This document shows, piece after piece, positions 8,260 through 16,847 of a stretch of DNA of 64,000 bases (position 1 is its first letter; each line of letters starts with the position of its first letter). The stretch is from NCBI GenBank assembly GCA_964645645.1, contig CAZYBC010000005.1, forward strand, positions 702 to 64,701, read 5' to 3'. The notes beneath the pieces were generated by a model. It was not told the DNA's origin and searched no databases. It saw only the letters and a program-made list of their open reading frames with translations. The translations under genes were made by a program, and so were the position numbers. Source of the DNA: an uncultured Pseudomonadales bacterium. Its GTDB lineage: Bacteria > Patescibacteriota > Microgenomatia > UBA1400 > PJMF01.

Positions 8260-9900
8260 ATGAAGTGGCAGATAAAAGCACCAGATCAAATTTCTAATTT
8301 AGATGAATTAAAAAAAATTCTTTTGACTAATCGTCATTTAGATCTTAAATCAGATTTAGATTTTTTTTCTCCACCTCATCCCAGACAACTTTCTTTAAAT
8401 TCCGTAGGTATCAAGGAAAAAAGTTTGTTGCATGCTCAACAATTGATTCAATCAGCGATTGATCATAAGCAAAAAATCCTTATTTTTGGTGATTATGACG
8501 CAGATGGAATTTGTTCTACCGCGGTAATTTGGGAAACTTTATATCACTTAGGCATGAAAGCTCAAGTTTTTATTCCTCACCGTAAAAAGCATGGTTACGG
8601 GCTTTCAGTGACTGCTTTAGCAGAGATTTTTGCTAAAGATAAACCTGATTTAATTATTACTGTTGATAATGGCATTGTGGCTCACCCTGCTTTGGAATTT
8701 GCCAAGCAGGCTGGAGTAAAAGTAATTGTGACTGATCATCATCAAGCTGATCAAGAAAAATTAGAGGCTGAGGAAGTAATTCATAGTACAGCTTTGGCTG
8801 GAGCTGGGGTGGCTTGGTTTTTGAGCCAAACTTTAATTGGACGAGCTGCTGATCAATTATTAGATTTGGTGGTTTTAGCGACCATTGCTGATCAAGTGCC
8901 AGTTTTAAAAGCTAATCGGAGTTTTGTTTTTCATGGTTTACCAGCTTTAGCTAAAACTCAACGTTTAGGTTTACAAGCATTGTTAAAAGTAGCTGGTTTA
9001 AATAGTGGCAAATTAGATAGTTTTCAAGTTGCTTTTATGTTAGCTCCTAGAATTAACGCGATGGGGAGATTAGATTATGGTTTGCCAGCTTTGCAATTAT
9101 TATGTACTAGAAATAAAGATCGGGCGGCTACATTAGCCATTCAACTTAATCAGACTAATCAAGAAAGACAAAATTTAACTTATGATGCACTCACTCAAGT
9201 AGAAAAGCATTTAACTTTAGGTGAAAAAGATAAATTACTTTTAGTTTTTGATTCTAGTTATAATCCTGGTGTAATTGGCTTAATAGCTGGTAAATTAGTG
9301 GAAAAATATGCTCGGCCAACTTTAGTGATGACCAAGGTAGAAGGAGTGATTAAAGGGTCAGCTAGAAGTGTAGAAGGTATTGATATTACCACTTTTTTGA
9401 GAAAATTTAGCAAAGACTTTTTGGAATTAGGTGGGCATAGTATGGCCGCTGGTTTTGCTTTTAATCCAGATCTTCAAAATGAACTTTTTATTAAATTACA
9501 AACTCAAGCTCAACAAGATTTTGCCGACGAGTTATTAGTGGCCAATTTAGTTTTAGAAGCTAAGCTAGATCCACAATTATTGAATTTAGAATTACTGGAT
9601 TTATTAGATACTTTTAAACCGTTTGGTCAGGCTAATCAAGCTCCTTTGTTTGCTTTGTCTAAGTTAAAACTTTTAGACAAACAATATTTAGGTAAAAATC
9701 AAGAACATTTAAAATTAATTTTTGCTTATCCAGATCAGGAAGCTAAAACTTTAAAAACTCTTTTTTGGCAACAAGGAGAAATTTTTAATCAGTTAAAATT
9801 AGCTCAGAGCTATGATCTGGCTGTTAGTTTAGAAAGAAATGTGTGGAATGGTAAAAGTAGTTTACAAGCTGTAGTTAAAGATCTAAAAACTGAGCTTTAA
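8260..9900 (+). CDS. recJ: Single-stranded-DNA-specific exonuclease RecJ (DHH/DHHA1)
   Basis: A DHH motif block (IFGDYDADGICSTAV...TVDNG...VIVTDHH) is followed by a DHHA1-like C-terminal region (GGHSMAAGF). Confidence 0.85.
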   Translation: MKWQIKAPDQISNLDELKKILLTNRHLDLKSDLDFFSPPHPRQLSLNSVGIKEKSLLHAQQLIQSAIDHKQKILIFGDYDADGICSTAVIWETLYHLGMKAQVFIPHRKKHGYGLSVTALAEIFAKDKPDLIITVDNGIVAHPALEFAKQAGVKVIVTDHHQADQEKLEAEEVIHSTALAGAGVAWFLSQTLIGRAADQLLDLVVLATIADQVPVLKANRSFVFHGLPALAKTQRLGLQALLKVAGLNSGKLDSFQVAFMLAPRINAMGRLDYGLPALQLLCTRNKDRAATLAIQLNQTNQERQNLTYDALTQVEKHLTLGEKDKLLLVFDSSYNPGVIGLIAGKLVEKYARPTLVMTKVEGVIKGSARSVEGIDITTFLRKFSKDFLELGGHSMAAGFAFNPDLQNELFIKLQTQAQQDFADELLVANLVLEAKLDPQLLNLELLDLLDTFKPFGQANQAPLFALSKLKLLDKQYLGKNQEHLKLIFAYPDQEAKTLKTLFWQQGEIFNQLKLAQSYDLAVSLERNVWNGKSSLQAVVKDLKTEL

Positions 9901-10205
9901 AATTGAAAAGTTGAGGAATCAGATAAATAATGAGCATCATTTAATTCTGTTCCATTAAAATTAAGTTTGGCTAAAATAGAATTTTCAATTTTTTGAGCGG
10001 TTTGAAAATTACTTGGTTCATTAAAAAAAGCAATCCCAAACCCAAAACCCAAGGCTAAAAACAAACAAAAAAATAAAGTTTTTTGTTGAGTTAAAACATT
10101 GTTTACAAATTGATAAAGAGAATAAAAACTGTTAGTAAAAATTTTTTTCATATTAAGTTCAATAATTAAGTCAGTATGATGGCGGTGCTTATTAACGTTG
10201 ATCAT
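9897..10205 (-). CDS. Hypothetical small membrane-anchored protein
   Basis: A 102-aa ORF with one hydrophobic segment (LFFCLFLALGFGFGIAFF). No family recognised. The start is uncertain (an internal MKKIF is possible). Confidence 0.3.
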   Translation of the reverse strand: MINVNKHRHHTDLIIELNMKKIFTNSFYSLYQFVNNVLTQQKTLFFCLFLALGFGFGIAFFNEPSNFQTAQKIENSILAKLNFNGTELNDAHYLSDSSTFQF

Positions 10206-10268
10206 TGGATCGTATTATATCAATTAATATCAAATTTAGCTAAGGAATAGGCAAATAATAACAAAAAA

Positions 10269-10290
10269 CCCCTCGGTTAAGAGGGGTTTT
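10269..10290 (-). terminator. Intrinsic terminator hairpin for the DsbA-like gene (A-run/T-run on both sides)
   Basis: AAAAAA-CCCCTC-GGTTAA-GAGGGG-TTTT. A 6-bp GC-rich stem (10269-10274 / 10281-10286) with a 6-nt loop. The minus-strand transcript reads the hairpin followed by U6. Confidence 0.6.
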
Positions 10291-10311
10291 AGCTTTAAGT
10301 TAAATCTTAAT

Positions 10312-11130
10312 TTAAAGATATTTTTCTACAATGGCTTTTACTTGTTCAAATGGTAAAGCACCAGGGATTAATTCATATTTGCCATCTTTAGTGACCACAA
10401 TCGTACCAGGAGTACCACTCACACCAGCTTTAGTACCACCAGCCATTTGATCAGTAACTTTTTTGGTCATTTCACCACTATCCATACAACTCTTAACAGC
10501 AGTTTGGTTTAAGCCAATTTGAGCTACTAATTTAAGAGCATTATCAATTTGAGCTAAAGTTTCATCTTCAGCGTAGCCACTGTAAAATAAGTCAGAAAAT
10601 TGCCAGAATTTTTCATTACCACCTAATTTAGCGACACATTCACCCATTTCGCCTAATTTTTGAGCATTTTCGTGGAAACTTAAAGGATAATGACGGTAGA
10701 CCCAAGCTACTTTATCACCGTATTCATCTAAAACTTGTTTCATAGTAGGATGAAAACGACTACAGTAAGGACATTGATAATCTGAATATTCAATGAAAGT
10801 TAGTTTAGCATTAGCATTACCACGGATATGATCATTTTTATCAACTTTTGGTACTTGAGCTAAGGTTTCTTGGGTAGGACCTTCATCAACTACAGTTGGA
10901 TCAGCATCTTTAACAATGGCTCCAGTATTAGTACCATTTTTAAGCATTTGTTTTTCTGTCCATAAAGAACCAATAATAAAACCACCTACAAAAATTAAGG
11001 CAAATAAGAAAATTAAAGCAAAATTATTATTCATAAAGTTAACTAAAGCTTTAAAAGAATAGGGAGAAAAATCGCTGCTACTCGTTGAAGAATCAGGCAT
11101 TGTGTTAGAATTATGTCTTTGTGCAGTCAT
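10312..11130 (-). CDS. Thiol:disulfide oxidoreductase, DsbA/BdbD-like thioredoxin-fold protein with an N-terminal TM anchor
   Basis: An N-terminal TM (LIFLFALIFVGGFIIGSL) is followed by a CPYC active site in DYQCPYCSRFHP and a thioredoxin-fold-length C-terminal domain. Confidence 0.7.
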   Translation of the reverse strand: MTAQRHNSNTMPDSSTSSSDFSPYSFKALVNFMNNNFALIFLFALIFVGGFIIGSLWTEKQMLKNGTNTGAIVKDADPTVVDEGPTQETLAQVPKVDKNDHIRGNANAKLTFIEYSDYQCPYCSRFHPTMKQVLDEYGDKVAWVYRHYPLSFHENAQKLGEMGECVAKLGGNEKFWQFSDLFYSGYAEDETLAQIDNALKLVAQIGLNQTAVKSCMDSGEMTKKVTDQMAGGTKAGVSGTPGTIVVTKDGKYELIPGALPFEQVKAIVEKYL

Positions 11131-11178
11131 AAATACTTTCTAATTTATTAGATAATAACTATTATTGTAAAAGATACT

Positions 11179-11949
11179 ATGCAAAAGGCAAAGCGTCAAC
11201 TAACGGTCTATGAAAAAAATCAGTTATTAAAACATGGTTTTTCTCTAGACCAAATCGATTTAGAACAATTAGGAGAAAAACCAATTGAATATTTTATTGG
11301 TCAAGCTGACTTTGCTGGCAGAACTTTTTTAGTTAATCAGCATGTTTTAATCCCCAGAGTTGAAACTGAGGAATTGCTTGATTTGATTGTTGATTATTTA
11401 AAAAGGCAGCAATTAAATCGACCAGTGAAAATTATTGAGATAGGTACTGGTAGTGGTTGCATAGGGATTACTTTAGCTTTAACTTTAGAAAAACTAGCGA
11501 TTTCTTATGAACTGATTTTAGTGGATATTAGTCAATCCGCTTTAGATCTTGCCCAAAAAAACTGGCAAAGTTTGCAGCCTAAAATATTAAAATCACAATT
11601 AAAATTTCAGCAAAGTGATTTATTGGAGCAATTTACAGATCAACAATTTGATTTAGTTGTTGCTAATTTGCCCTATATTCCCACTTCAGATTTGCAAGCT
11701 TTAGATCTTAGTGTTAAGGGTTTTGAGCCGATTTTAGCCTTAGATGGTGGAGTAGATGGTAAATTTTTAATTAATCAGTTATTAAATCAAGCTCAAACCC
11801 AACTAAAAGCTAATGGCAAAATTTTTTTGGAAATTTATGAAACGATGAGTTTCCCAGAATGGACTCATCAATATGAGATTGAATATTATATTGATCAATT
11901 TGGCAAAAGAAGATTTGCTCGTTTAGCAAAAATAACCGATCATTGCTAG
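11179..11949 (+). CDS. prmC: Release factor glutamine-N5 methyltransferase PrmC/HemK
   Basis: HVLIPRVETEELLD, SAM-binding IIEIGTGSGCI, and the catalytic NLPYIP (NPPY-type) motif. Confidence 0.8.
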   Translation: MQKAKRQLTVYEKNQLLKHGFSLDQIDLEQLGEKPIEYFIGQADFAGRTFLVNQHVLIPRVETEELLDLIVDYLKRQQLNRPVKIIEIGTGSGCIGITLALTLEKLAISYELILVDISQSALDLAQKNWQSLQPKILKSQLKFQQSDLLEQFTDQQFDLVVANLPYIPTSDLQALDLSVKGFEPILALDGGVDGKFLINQLLNQAQTQLKANGKIFLEIYETMSFPEWTHQYEIEYYIDQFGKRRFARLAKITDHC

Positions 11950-11970
11950 TTTGAGTGAGCTATATTAAAA

Positions 11971-13278
11971 TTGCCATTAATGAAAAAAATTATATTATTT
12001 ATTTTTAGTTTCTTATTTTTGAGCATTAGTTTTTTATCTTTAATTTCTAAACCAATTTATGCTCAAGAAACTCCTAAAATTGTTCATCTATTTAGTTCAC
12101 GCACTTGCCCCCACTGTAAAGCAGAAAGATTATTTTTAGAACAATATCAAAAAGAAAATTCTGACATTAAAATTTATGTTTATTATATTGATAAGTTTAA
12201 TGAAGTAGTTAATACTAATTTAATTACCCAAGTAGCTAAAGAGTTAAACATTTCTTCAGCTGGAGTTCCAATTACCATCATTGGTGATCAAGTTTTGATC
12301 GGTTTTGGTGACGCAGCCACCACTGGTCAAGAAATCAAAAATTTAGTTGGCTCAGAATTTACAAAACCAACATATCAAGATGTTGTTACTAAGATTGCCA
12401 AAGAAAAAAATTTGATCCCTGTTTTTGAAGATTTAAGCTTAGCTAAAGTTACTACTCCTACGCCAGAACCAGTTGGTTTAATTCCTAATAATAATGGCGA
12501 TCAAGTTAAGCAAGATCAAGACACTGGAGTAAAAGAAATTAGCTTACCACTTATTGGCAAAGTTAGTTTAAAAGGTATGTCCTTACCATTATTAACTCTA
12601 GTTTTGGGTTTAGCAGATGGCTTTAACCCTTGTGCCATGTGGACGCTAATTTTTTTAATTAGTTTATTGTTAGGTTTAAAGGATAGAAAAAGAATGTGGA
12701 TATTAGGTGTTTCTTTTATCTTGGCGAGTGGCTTTGTTTACTTTTTATTTATGGCAGCGTGGTTAAATTTCTTTTTATTAGTAGGGATGATTAAATGGGT
12801 AAGAATTGTTATCGGTTTAGTAGCATTAGGTGCAGCCTGGAGTTATTTAAAAGATTATTGGGAAAATAAAGATGGGGCTTGTAAAACTGATTTTAGTGGT
12901 AAAAAACAACAAGTTTTTGCTAAGTTAAAAGCCATTACGAGCAAAGAAAGTTTAGTTTTAGCTTTAATAGGAATTGTTCTTTTAGCCTTTGCGGTTAATC
13001 TTGTGGAAATGGTTTGTTCAGCTGGTTTACCTGCTATTTTTACTAAAGCTCTTACTCTTAATAATTTACCCCAATGGCAATATTATGGCTATATCTTGTT
13101 TTATTTACTCTTTTTTATGGCTGATGATATTATTGTTTTTACAATTGCTATGAAAACCTTACAGGGTGTTGGTTTAGATACCAAGTATGCTCGTTATTCT
13201 CATTTAGTAGGAGGAATTTTAATGTTGTTAATTGGTTTAGCGATGATTTTTAAACCCAGTTTATTAACTTTTGGTTAA
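11971..13278 (+). CDS. Thioredoxin/glutaredoxin-like domain fused to a CcdA/DsbD-type transmembrane thiol-reductant transporter domain
   Basis: A signal/TM is followed by a CPHC motif (SSRTCPHCKAERLF) in a Trx-like N-terminal domain. The polytopic C-terminal half has conserved Cys in TM segments (GFNPCAMW, MVCSAGLP), as in CcdA/DsbD beta. Confidence 0.5.
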   Translation: MPLMKKIILFIFSFLFLSISFLSLISKPIYAQETPKIVHLFSSRTCPHCKAERLFLEQYQKENSDIKIYVYYIDKFNEVVNTNLITQVAKELNISSAGVPITIIGDQVLIGFGDAATTGQEIKNLVGSEFTKPTYQDVVTKIAKEKNLIPVFEDLSLAKVTTPTPEPVGLIPNNNGDQVKQDQDTGVKEISLPLIGKVSLKGMSLPLLTLVLGLADGFNPCAMWTLIFLISLLLGLKDRKRMWILGVSFILASGFVYFLFMAAWLNFFLLVGMIKWVRIVIGLVALGAAWSYLKDYWENKDGACKTDFSGKKQQVFAKLKAITSKESLVLALIGIVLLAFAVNLVEMVCSAGLPAIFTKALTLNNLPQWQYYGYILFYLLFFMADDIIVFTIAMKTLQGVGLDTKYARYSHLVGGILMLLIGLAMIFKPSLLTFG

Positions 13279-13283
13279 AAAAA

Positions 13284-13310
13284 AAGCCTTGTTATTAACA
13301 AGGCTTTTTA
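13284..13310. terminator. Bidirectional intrinsic terminator between convergent genes
   Basis: A9-AAGCCTTGTT-ATT-AACAAGGCTT-TTTTTA. A perfect 10-bp stem (13284-13293 / 13297-13306) flanked by an A-run and a T-run. Confidence 0.65.
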
Positions 13311-13327
13311 ATGTTTTATAAGCGGAT

Positions 13328-14050
13328 TTATTCTTCTACAATTTCTAAACTATTAATCACAATATCACTAAGTGGTTTATCGTTATTACCAGTTTGAACT
13401 TTTTCAATCTCTAAAGCTATTTCCAAACCTTTAGTAATTTGGCCGAAATTAGTATGCTTACCATCTAACCAAGGAGTTGATTCAGCGGTGACAATAAAAA
13501 ATTGGCTTCCATTAGTATTAGGGCCACTATTAGCCATAGCTAAAGAACCTTGGACTAATTTATTAGGGCTTTGCTCATCTTCAAATTTATAACCAGGACC
13601 GCCCATGCCACTACCTAAAGGATCACCACCTTGAATCATAAAACCTTCAATGACACGATGAAAAATTAAACTATCGTAAAAGCCCATTTTAGCTAAGCTA
13701 ACAAAATTATTAACGGTTACGGGCGTGTTTTTAGCATCCAGAGTAAATTCCATATCACCTCGATTGGTGTGCATAATGGCTTTATAGGTTTTATTTTGAT
13801 CAATGCTCATGGCTGGTCTAGCCAATTTAGTTTTGCTAGTGCTATCCATATTTGTCCCTTCTGTTTGATTATTATTAATTAAGTCAGTTTTAATTTCACT
13901 GATTTGAATATTAGTTCCTTTAACTTTATCATCAGTGATGAGATTTTCTTTGGGTAAACTGACAGTTTTATTGGGTGGATTAATAAGTAGTAATAAAACT
14001 ACAAAAGATATTAGACTTAAAAAAACAATGACTAAGATTTTATTTTTCAT
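13328..14050 (-). CDS. Peptidyl-prolyl cis-trans isomerase, cyclophilin type, membrane-anchored
   Basis: Cyclophilin core FHRVIEGFMIQGGDP...GGPGYKFEDE...LAMANSGPNTNGSQFFI. An N-terminal TM is followed by a linker. The ORF-track start at 14086 is TTG, so the ATG at 14050 (MKNKILVIV) was chosen. Confidence 0.85.
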   Translation of the reverse strand: MKNKILVIVFLSLISFVVLLLLINPPNKTVSLPKENLITDDKVKGTNIQISEIKTDLINNNQTEGTNMDSTSKTKLARPAMSIDQNKTYKAIMHTNRGDMEFTLDAKNTPVTVNNFVSLAKMGFYDSLIFHRVIEGFMIQGGDPLGSGMGGPGYKFEDEQSPNKLVQGSLAMANSGPNTNGSQFFIVTAESTPWLDGKHTNFGQITKGLEIALEIEKVQTGNNDKPLSDIVINSLEIVEE

Positions 14051-14068
14051 GTCTGTATAATAGAGATA

Positions 14069-15082
14069 ATGAAGAAAGTTTGGCAACTAGCAATTTATCT
14101 TTTATTAGGCTTTATTTTTAGCCTAGCTATTTTAATTATTAGCCAAAAAAGTAACTGGAGAACATCAATTCATCTCACCGAAGAACAAATTAATCCTTTA
14201 GTTACTGCTCCCTTACCTACTCCAATCCCACCGATAAAAAAAATTAAACTGATTTTTTTAGGCGATATGATGTTTGACCGCCATATCCGTAAATACGCTC
14301 GCCAGAATGCTAATTACACTTATATTTTAGAAGATTTCCGTAGCCCTTTTTATCAAGCTGATTTAATTATTGGCAATTTAGAAGGGCCAGTAACAGATAA
14401 TAAAAGTCGCAGTGAAGGCAGCGTGATTGGCTCTACTAATAATTTTATTTTTACCTTTGAGCCAGCTGTTTTGAAAATGCTCAAAGGCTATGGAAAATTT
14501 TTGCTTAATTTAGGGAATAATCACATTTTTAATTTTGGTCAGAATGGTTTGAAAGAGACACTTGATAATCTTAATCAAGAAGAAATAGCTTATTTTGGTT
14601 TTTTAGGGCCAGTGAATGGCTACTATAGCCATCGAATTGTTGATTTTAGCAATCAACAGCAAAATTTTAAAATTGCTTTTATTAATTACAATCAATTTAT
14701 TGCTGATTCTAAATTACAAACTTTCACAGAAATTAAGCTATTAAAACCACAGGTGGATTTAGTGGTGGTTTATCCTCATTGGGGGATTGAATATCAAACT
14801 ACAGCCAACTCAGCTATTACAACCTTAGCCCATCAATTTGTTGATGCTGGAGCAGATTTGGTGATCGGGGCGCACCCGCACGTAGTCCAACAATCAGAAA
14901 TTTATCAAGGTAAATATATTTACTATAGTTTAGGCAATTTTATTTTTGATCAATATTTTTCTCCAGAAGTGAAAAAAGGGTTAATGTTAGAAGCAGAAAT
15001 TGATCCTATTAATAAAGAAATCCAGATTAAGGAATTTCAAACTCAATTAGAACTTAATGGAAAGACCAGTTTGGTAAAATAA
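14069..15082 (+). CDS. CapA/PgsA-family metallophosphatase-fold protein (poly-gamma-glutamate capsule-synthesis-like)
   Basis: An N-terminal TM is followed by LGNNHIFNFG and GAHPHVVQ metallophosphoesterase motifs arranged as in CapA. Confidence 0.7.
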   Translation: MKKVWQLAIYLLLGFIFSLAILIISQKSNWRTSIHLTEEQINPLVTAPLPTPIPPIKKIKLIFLGDMMFDRHIRKYARQNANYTYILEDFRSPFYQADLIIGNLEGPVTDNKSRSEGSVIGSTNNFIFTFEPAVLKMLKGYGKFLLNLGNNHIFNFGQNGLKETLDNLNQEEIAYFGFLGPVNGYYSHRIVDFSNQQQNFKIAFINYNQFIADSKLQTFTEIKLLKPQVDLVVVYPHWGIEYQTTANSAITTLAHQFVDAGADLVIGAHPHVVQQSEIYQGKYIYYSLGNFIFDQYFSPEVKKGLMLEAEIDPINKEIQIKEFQTQLELNGKTSLVK

Positions 15083-15084
15083 AA

Positions 15085-15109
15085 AAGCCCAGTGGTTTAG
15101 ACTGGGCTT
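15085..15109. terminator. Bidirectional terminator hairpin between CapA-like (+) and coiled-coil (-) genes
   Basis: AAAAAA-AAGCCCAGT-GGTTTAG-ACTGGGCTT. A 9-bp perfect stem. U6 follows on the minus-strand transcript; an AT-rich tail follows on the plus strand. Confidence 0.6.
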
Positions 15110-15128
15110 AATTAATTTACCAAAATAT

Positions 15129-15407
15129 TTATTTTGCTAACATTTTAAATAGCCATCCTAATAAGCTGCTAGTTGCTTCCTCAGTTTTCACCATATCTTG
15201 TAAGCTCGTATTTTGTGCTGTTAAAGCCTCAATTGCTTCTTGCACCATTTGCAGATCACCTTGATTAGAAAGCTGAGTTTTAATCTGTTCTAATTGTTGA
15301 ATTCTTAATTGATTCTGTTCCATTTCTTGATTAAGAGCCTTTAAGGCTTTGTAATCTGGACCAATTAAACTTTTCATTAACTGACCGCGATTTTCTACTT
15401 TATGCAA
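15129..15407 (-). CDS. Coiled-coil protein (C-terminal part of an interrupted reading frame; see 15504-15890)
   Basis: A Q/E-rich heptad-like sequence. The ORF-track start is TTG. The frame stays open upstream with no ATG until an in-frame TAA at 15504-15506. Confidence 0.35.
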   Translation of the reverse strand: MHKVENRGQLMKSLIGPDYKALKALNQEMEQNQLRIQQLEQIKTQLSNQGDLQMVQEAIEALTAQNTSLQDMVKTEEATSSLLGWLFKMLAK

Positions 15408-15503
15408 TTCAGTTTGTAATTGAGTTTGAGTTTGTTGATGTTCTTGAGCAATGGTTCTAACTTGATCACCAATTCCGCCTTGAGTAGTTTTAACTGAAAG
15501 TAA

Positions 15504-15890
15504 TTATTGAACTTTTTGGGCGACCACGCTCATGTTTTCAGCAGCTTGAGAATTACCTTTAGAATCAGAATCATCTTCTAAGCCATTTTTTGCCATGTCT
15601 TTTTCACTATCATCAATATATTCACGCATTTCTTGTTCTTCTGTTGTAACTTGAAGCTGGGATTCTTCACCCTCGTTCTGAGTTTGAACTTGATTTTGAT
15701 TTTTAACAGCACTACCAGTAGGCATAATTTGCTGAGCTTGACCAGCACTAGGCTGAGTAGAGCCTTGAGCCTTAGCCTCATTTTGAGCCGCATAGGCTAA
15801 AGAGGAAGTGGATAAAAGAGTACAAGTAACAAGCAAAAGGACAAATTTTTTCATAGGGGCTTTCTGCTTAGTTGGTAATAAGGAAATCAT
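15504..15890 (-). CDS. Secreted low-complexity Q/E/N-rich protein (N-terminal part of the interrupted frame)
   Basis: A signal peptide (MKKFVLLLVTCTLLSTSSLAYAA) is followed by a Q/N/E-rich region. It terminates at a single TAA that is in frame with the downstream 15129-15407 ORF. Confidence 0.4.
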   Translation of the reverse strand: MISLLPTKQKAPMKKFVLLLVTCTLLSTSSLAYAAQNEAKAQGSTQPSAGQAQQIMPTGSAVKNQNQVQTQNEGEESQLQVTTEEQEMREYIDDSEKDMAKNGLEDDSDSKGNSQAAENMSVVAQKVQ

Positions 15891-15932
15891 AGCATATTTG
15901 AAAAGAAATTTTTAAAACGGTGTCATTTTTTG

Positions 15933-16003
15933 ATCCCGAGCCAGGATTCGAACCTGGAATAACTGATTCAGAGTCAGTTGTGATGCCATTTCACTACCCG
16001 GGA
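15933..16003 (-). tRNA. tRNA-Gln (anticodon CUG)
   Basis: The reverse complement folds as a cloverleaf: acceptor UCCCGGG/CUCGGGA (U1-A72, typical of bacterial tRNA-Gln), D arm GUGA/UCAC, anticodon stem ACUGA/UCAGU, loop CU-CUG-AA, T arm CCAGG-UUCGAAU-CCUGG. CCA is not encoded. Confidence 0.85.
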
Positions 16004-16181
16004 AAATGGATGAACTTGAGCTTAAATTTTTAGCCGTCACTTTAGTTCAAAATTTAGCTTAAAAGTTCATAATTTTGTCATTTTTGGCTGTTAAACTGCT
16101 GGTATATCGAGTTATAAAAGAAAGGTCTTTTAGCAGGCATAAGTATATCAAACTCCTGGCTAATTTACAGCTATAAATCCT

Positions 16182-16847
16182 ATGTCAAAAATTTTATTAG
16201 CAGAAAATGATCTTAATTTACAAGCTATTCTTAAAAGTTGTTTGCAAGCTTATGGTCATCAAGTTTGGGCAGTAGCAAGGGTAAGTAGAGTTATGCAATT
16301 ATTAGCAGAAATTAATTTTGATTTACTGATTTTAGATCGCTTTTTGTTGGATGGTGATTTGTATGCTCAATTGCCTTATTTAGCTCTTAAACACTTACAT
16401 GCCAGAACCTTGATTATTAGTCAAGAAAATAATGTCACACATAAGATTAGAGGTTTTGATTTGGCCGTCAATGATATTTTAGCGAAGCCCTTTACTTTGG
16501 CAGAGTTTCAATTACGGGTAAAGAATTTATTAAATTTGGAAAAGATCTATCAGTTTAACAAGATTCAATTAGGGTCGCTTTTTTATCATCCAGACACTGG
16601 TTTAGTTGAAGATCAAGATTTACAAGCTATTTTTTGTCCTAAAGAAAAAATTTTGTTTGATTGTTTGTATCAAAACCGTAAGAGAATTGTCAGTCGTGAT
16701 TATTTAATTAGTTTAGCCTGGGGCAATGAATTAATTCCGCAAAATAATACTTTAGATGTTTATATTCGTCGCATTAGAATGAAATTATTTACTCAAGCTA
16801 AAAAACTAGAAACCATTAAAAGAATTGGTTATCGTTTATGGGTTTAA
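16182..16847 (+). CDS. OmpR/PhoB-family response regulator (receiver + winged-helix DNA-binding domain)
   Basis: The receiver carries ILLAENDLNL, a phospho-acceptor context DLLILD, S/T and the K-P-F motif (ILAKPF). The C-terminal trans_reg_C-like block is LSLAWGNELIPQNNTLDVYIRRIRMKL. Confidence 0.7.
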   Translation: MSKILLAENDLNLQAILKSCLQAYGHQVWAVARVSRVMQLLAEINFDLLILDRFLLDGDLYAQLPYLALKHLHARTLIISQENNVTHKIRGFDLAVNDILAKPFTLAEFQLRVKNLLNLEKIYQFNKIQLGSLFYHPDTGLVEDQDLQAIFCPKEKILFDCLYQNRKRIVSRDYLISLAWGNELIPQNNTLDVYIRRIRMKLFTQAKKLETIKRIGYRLWV

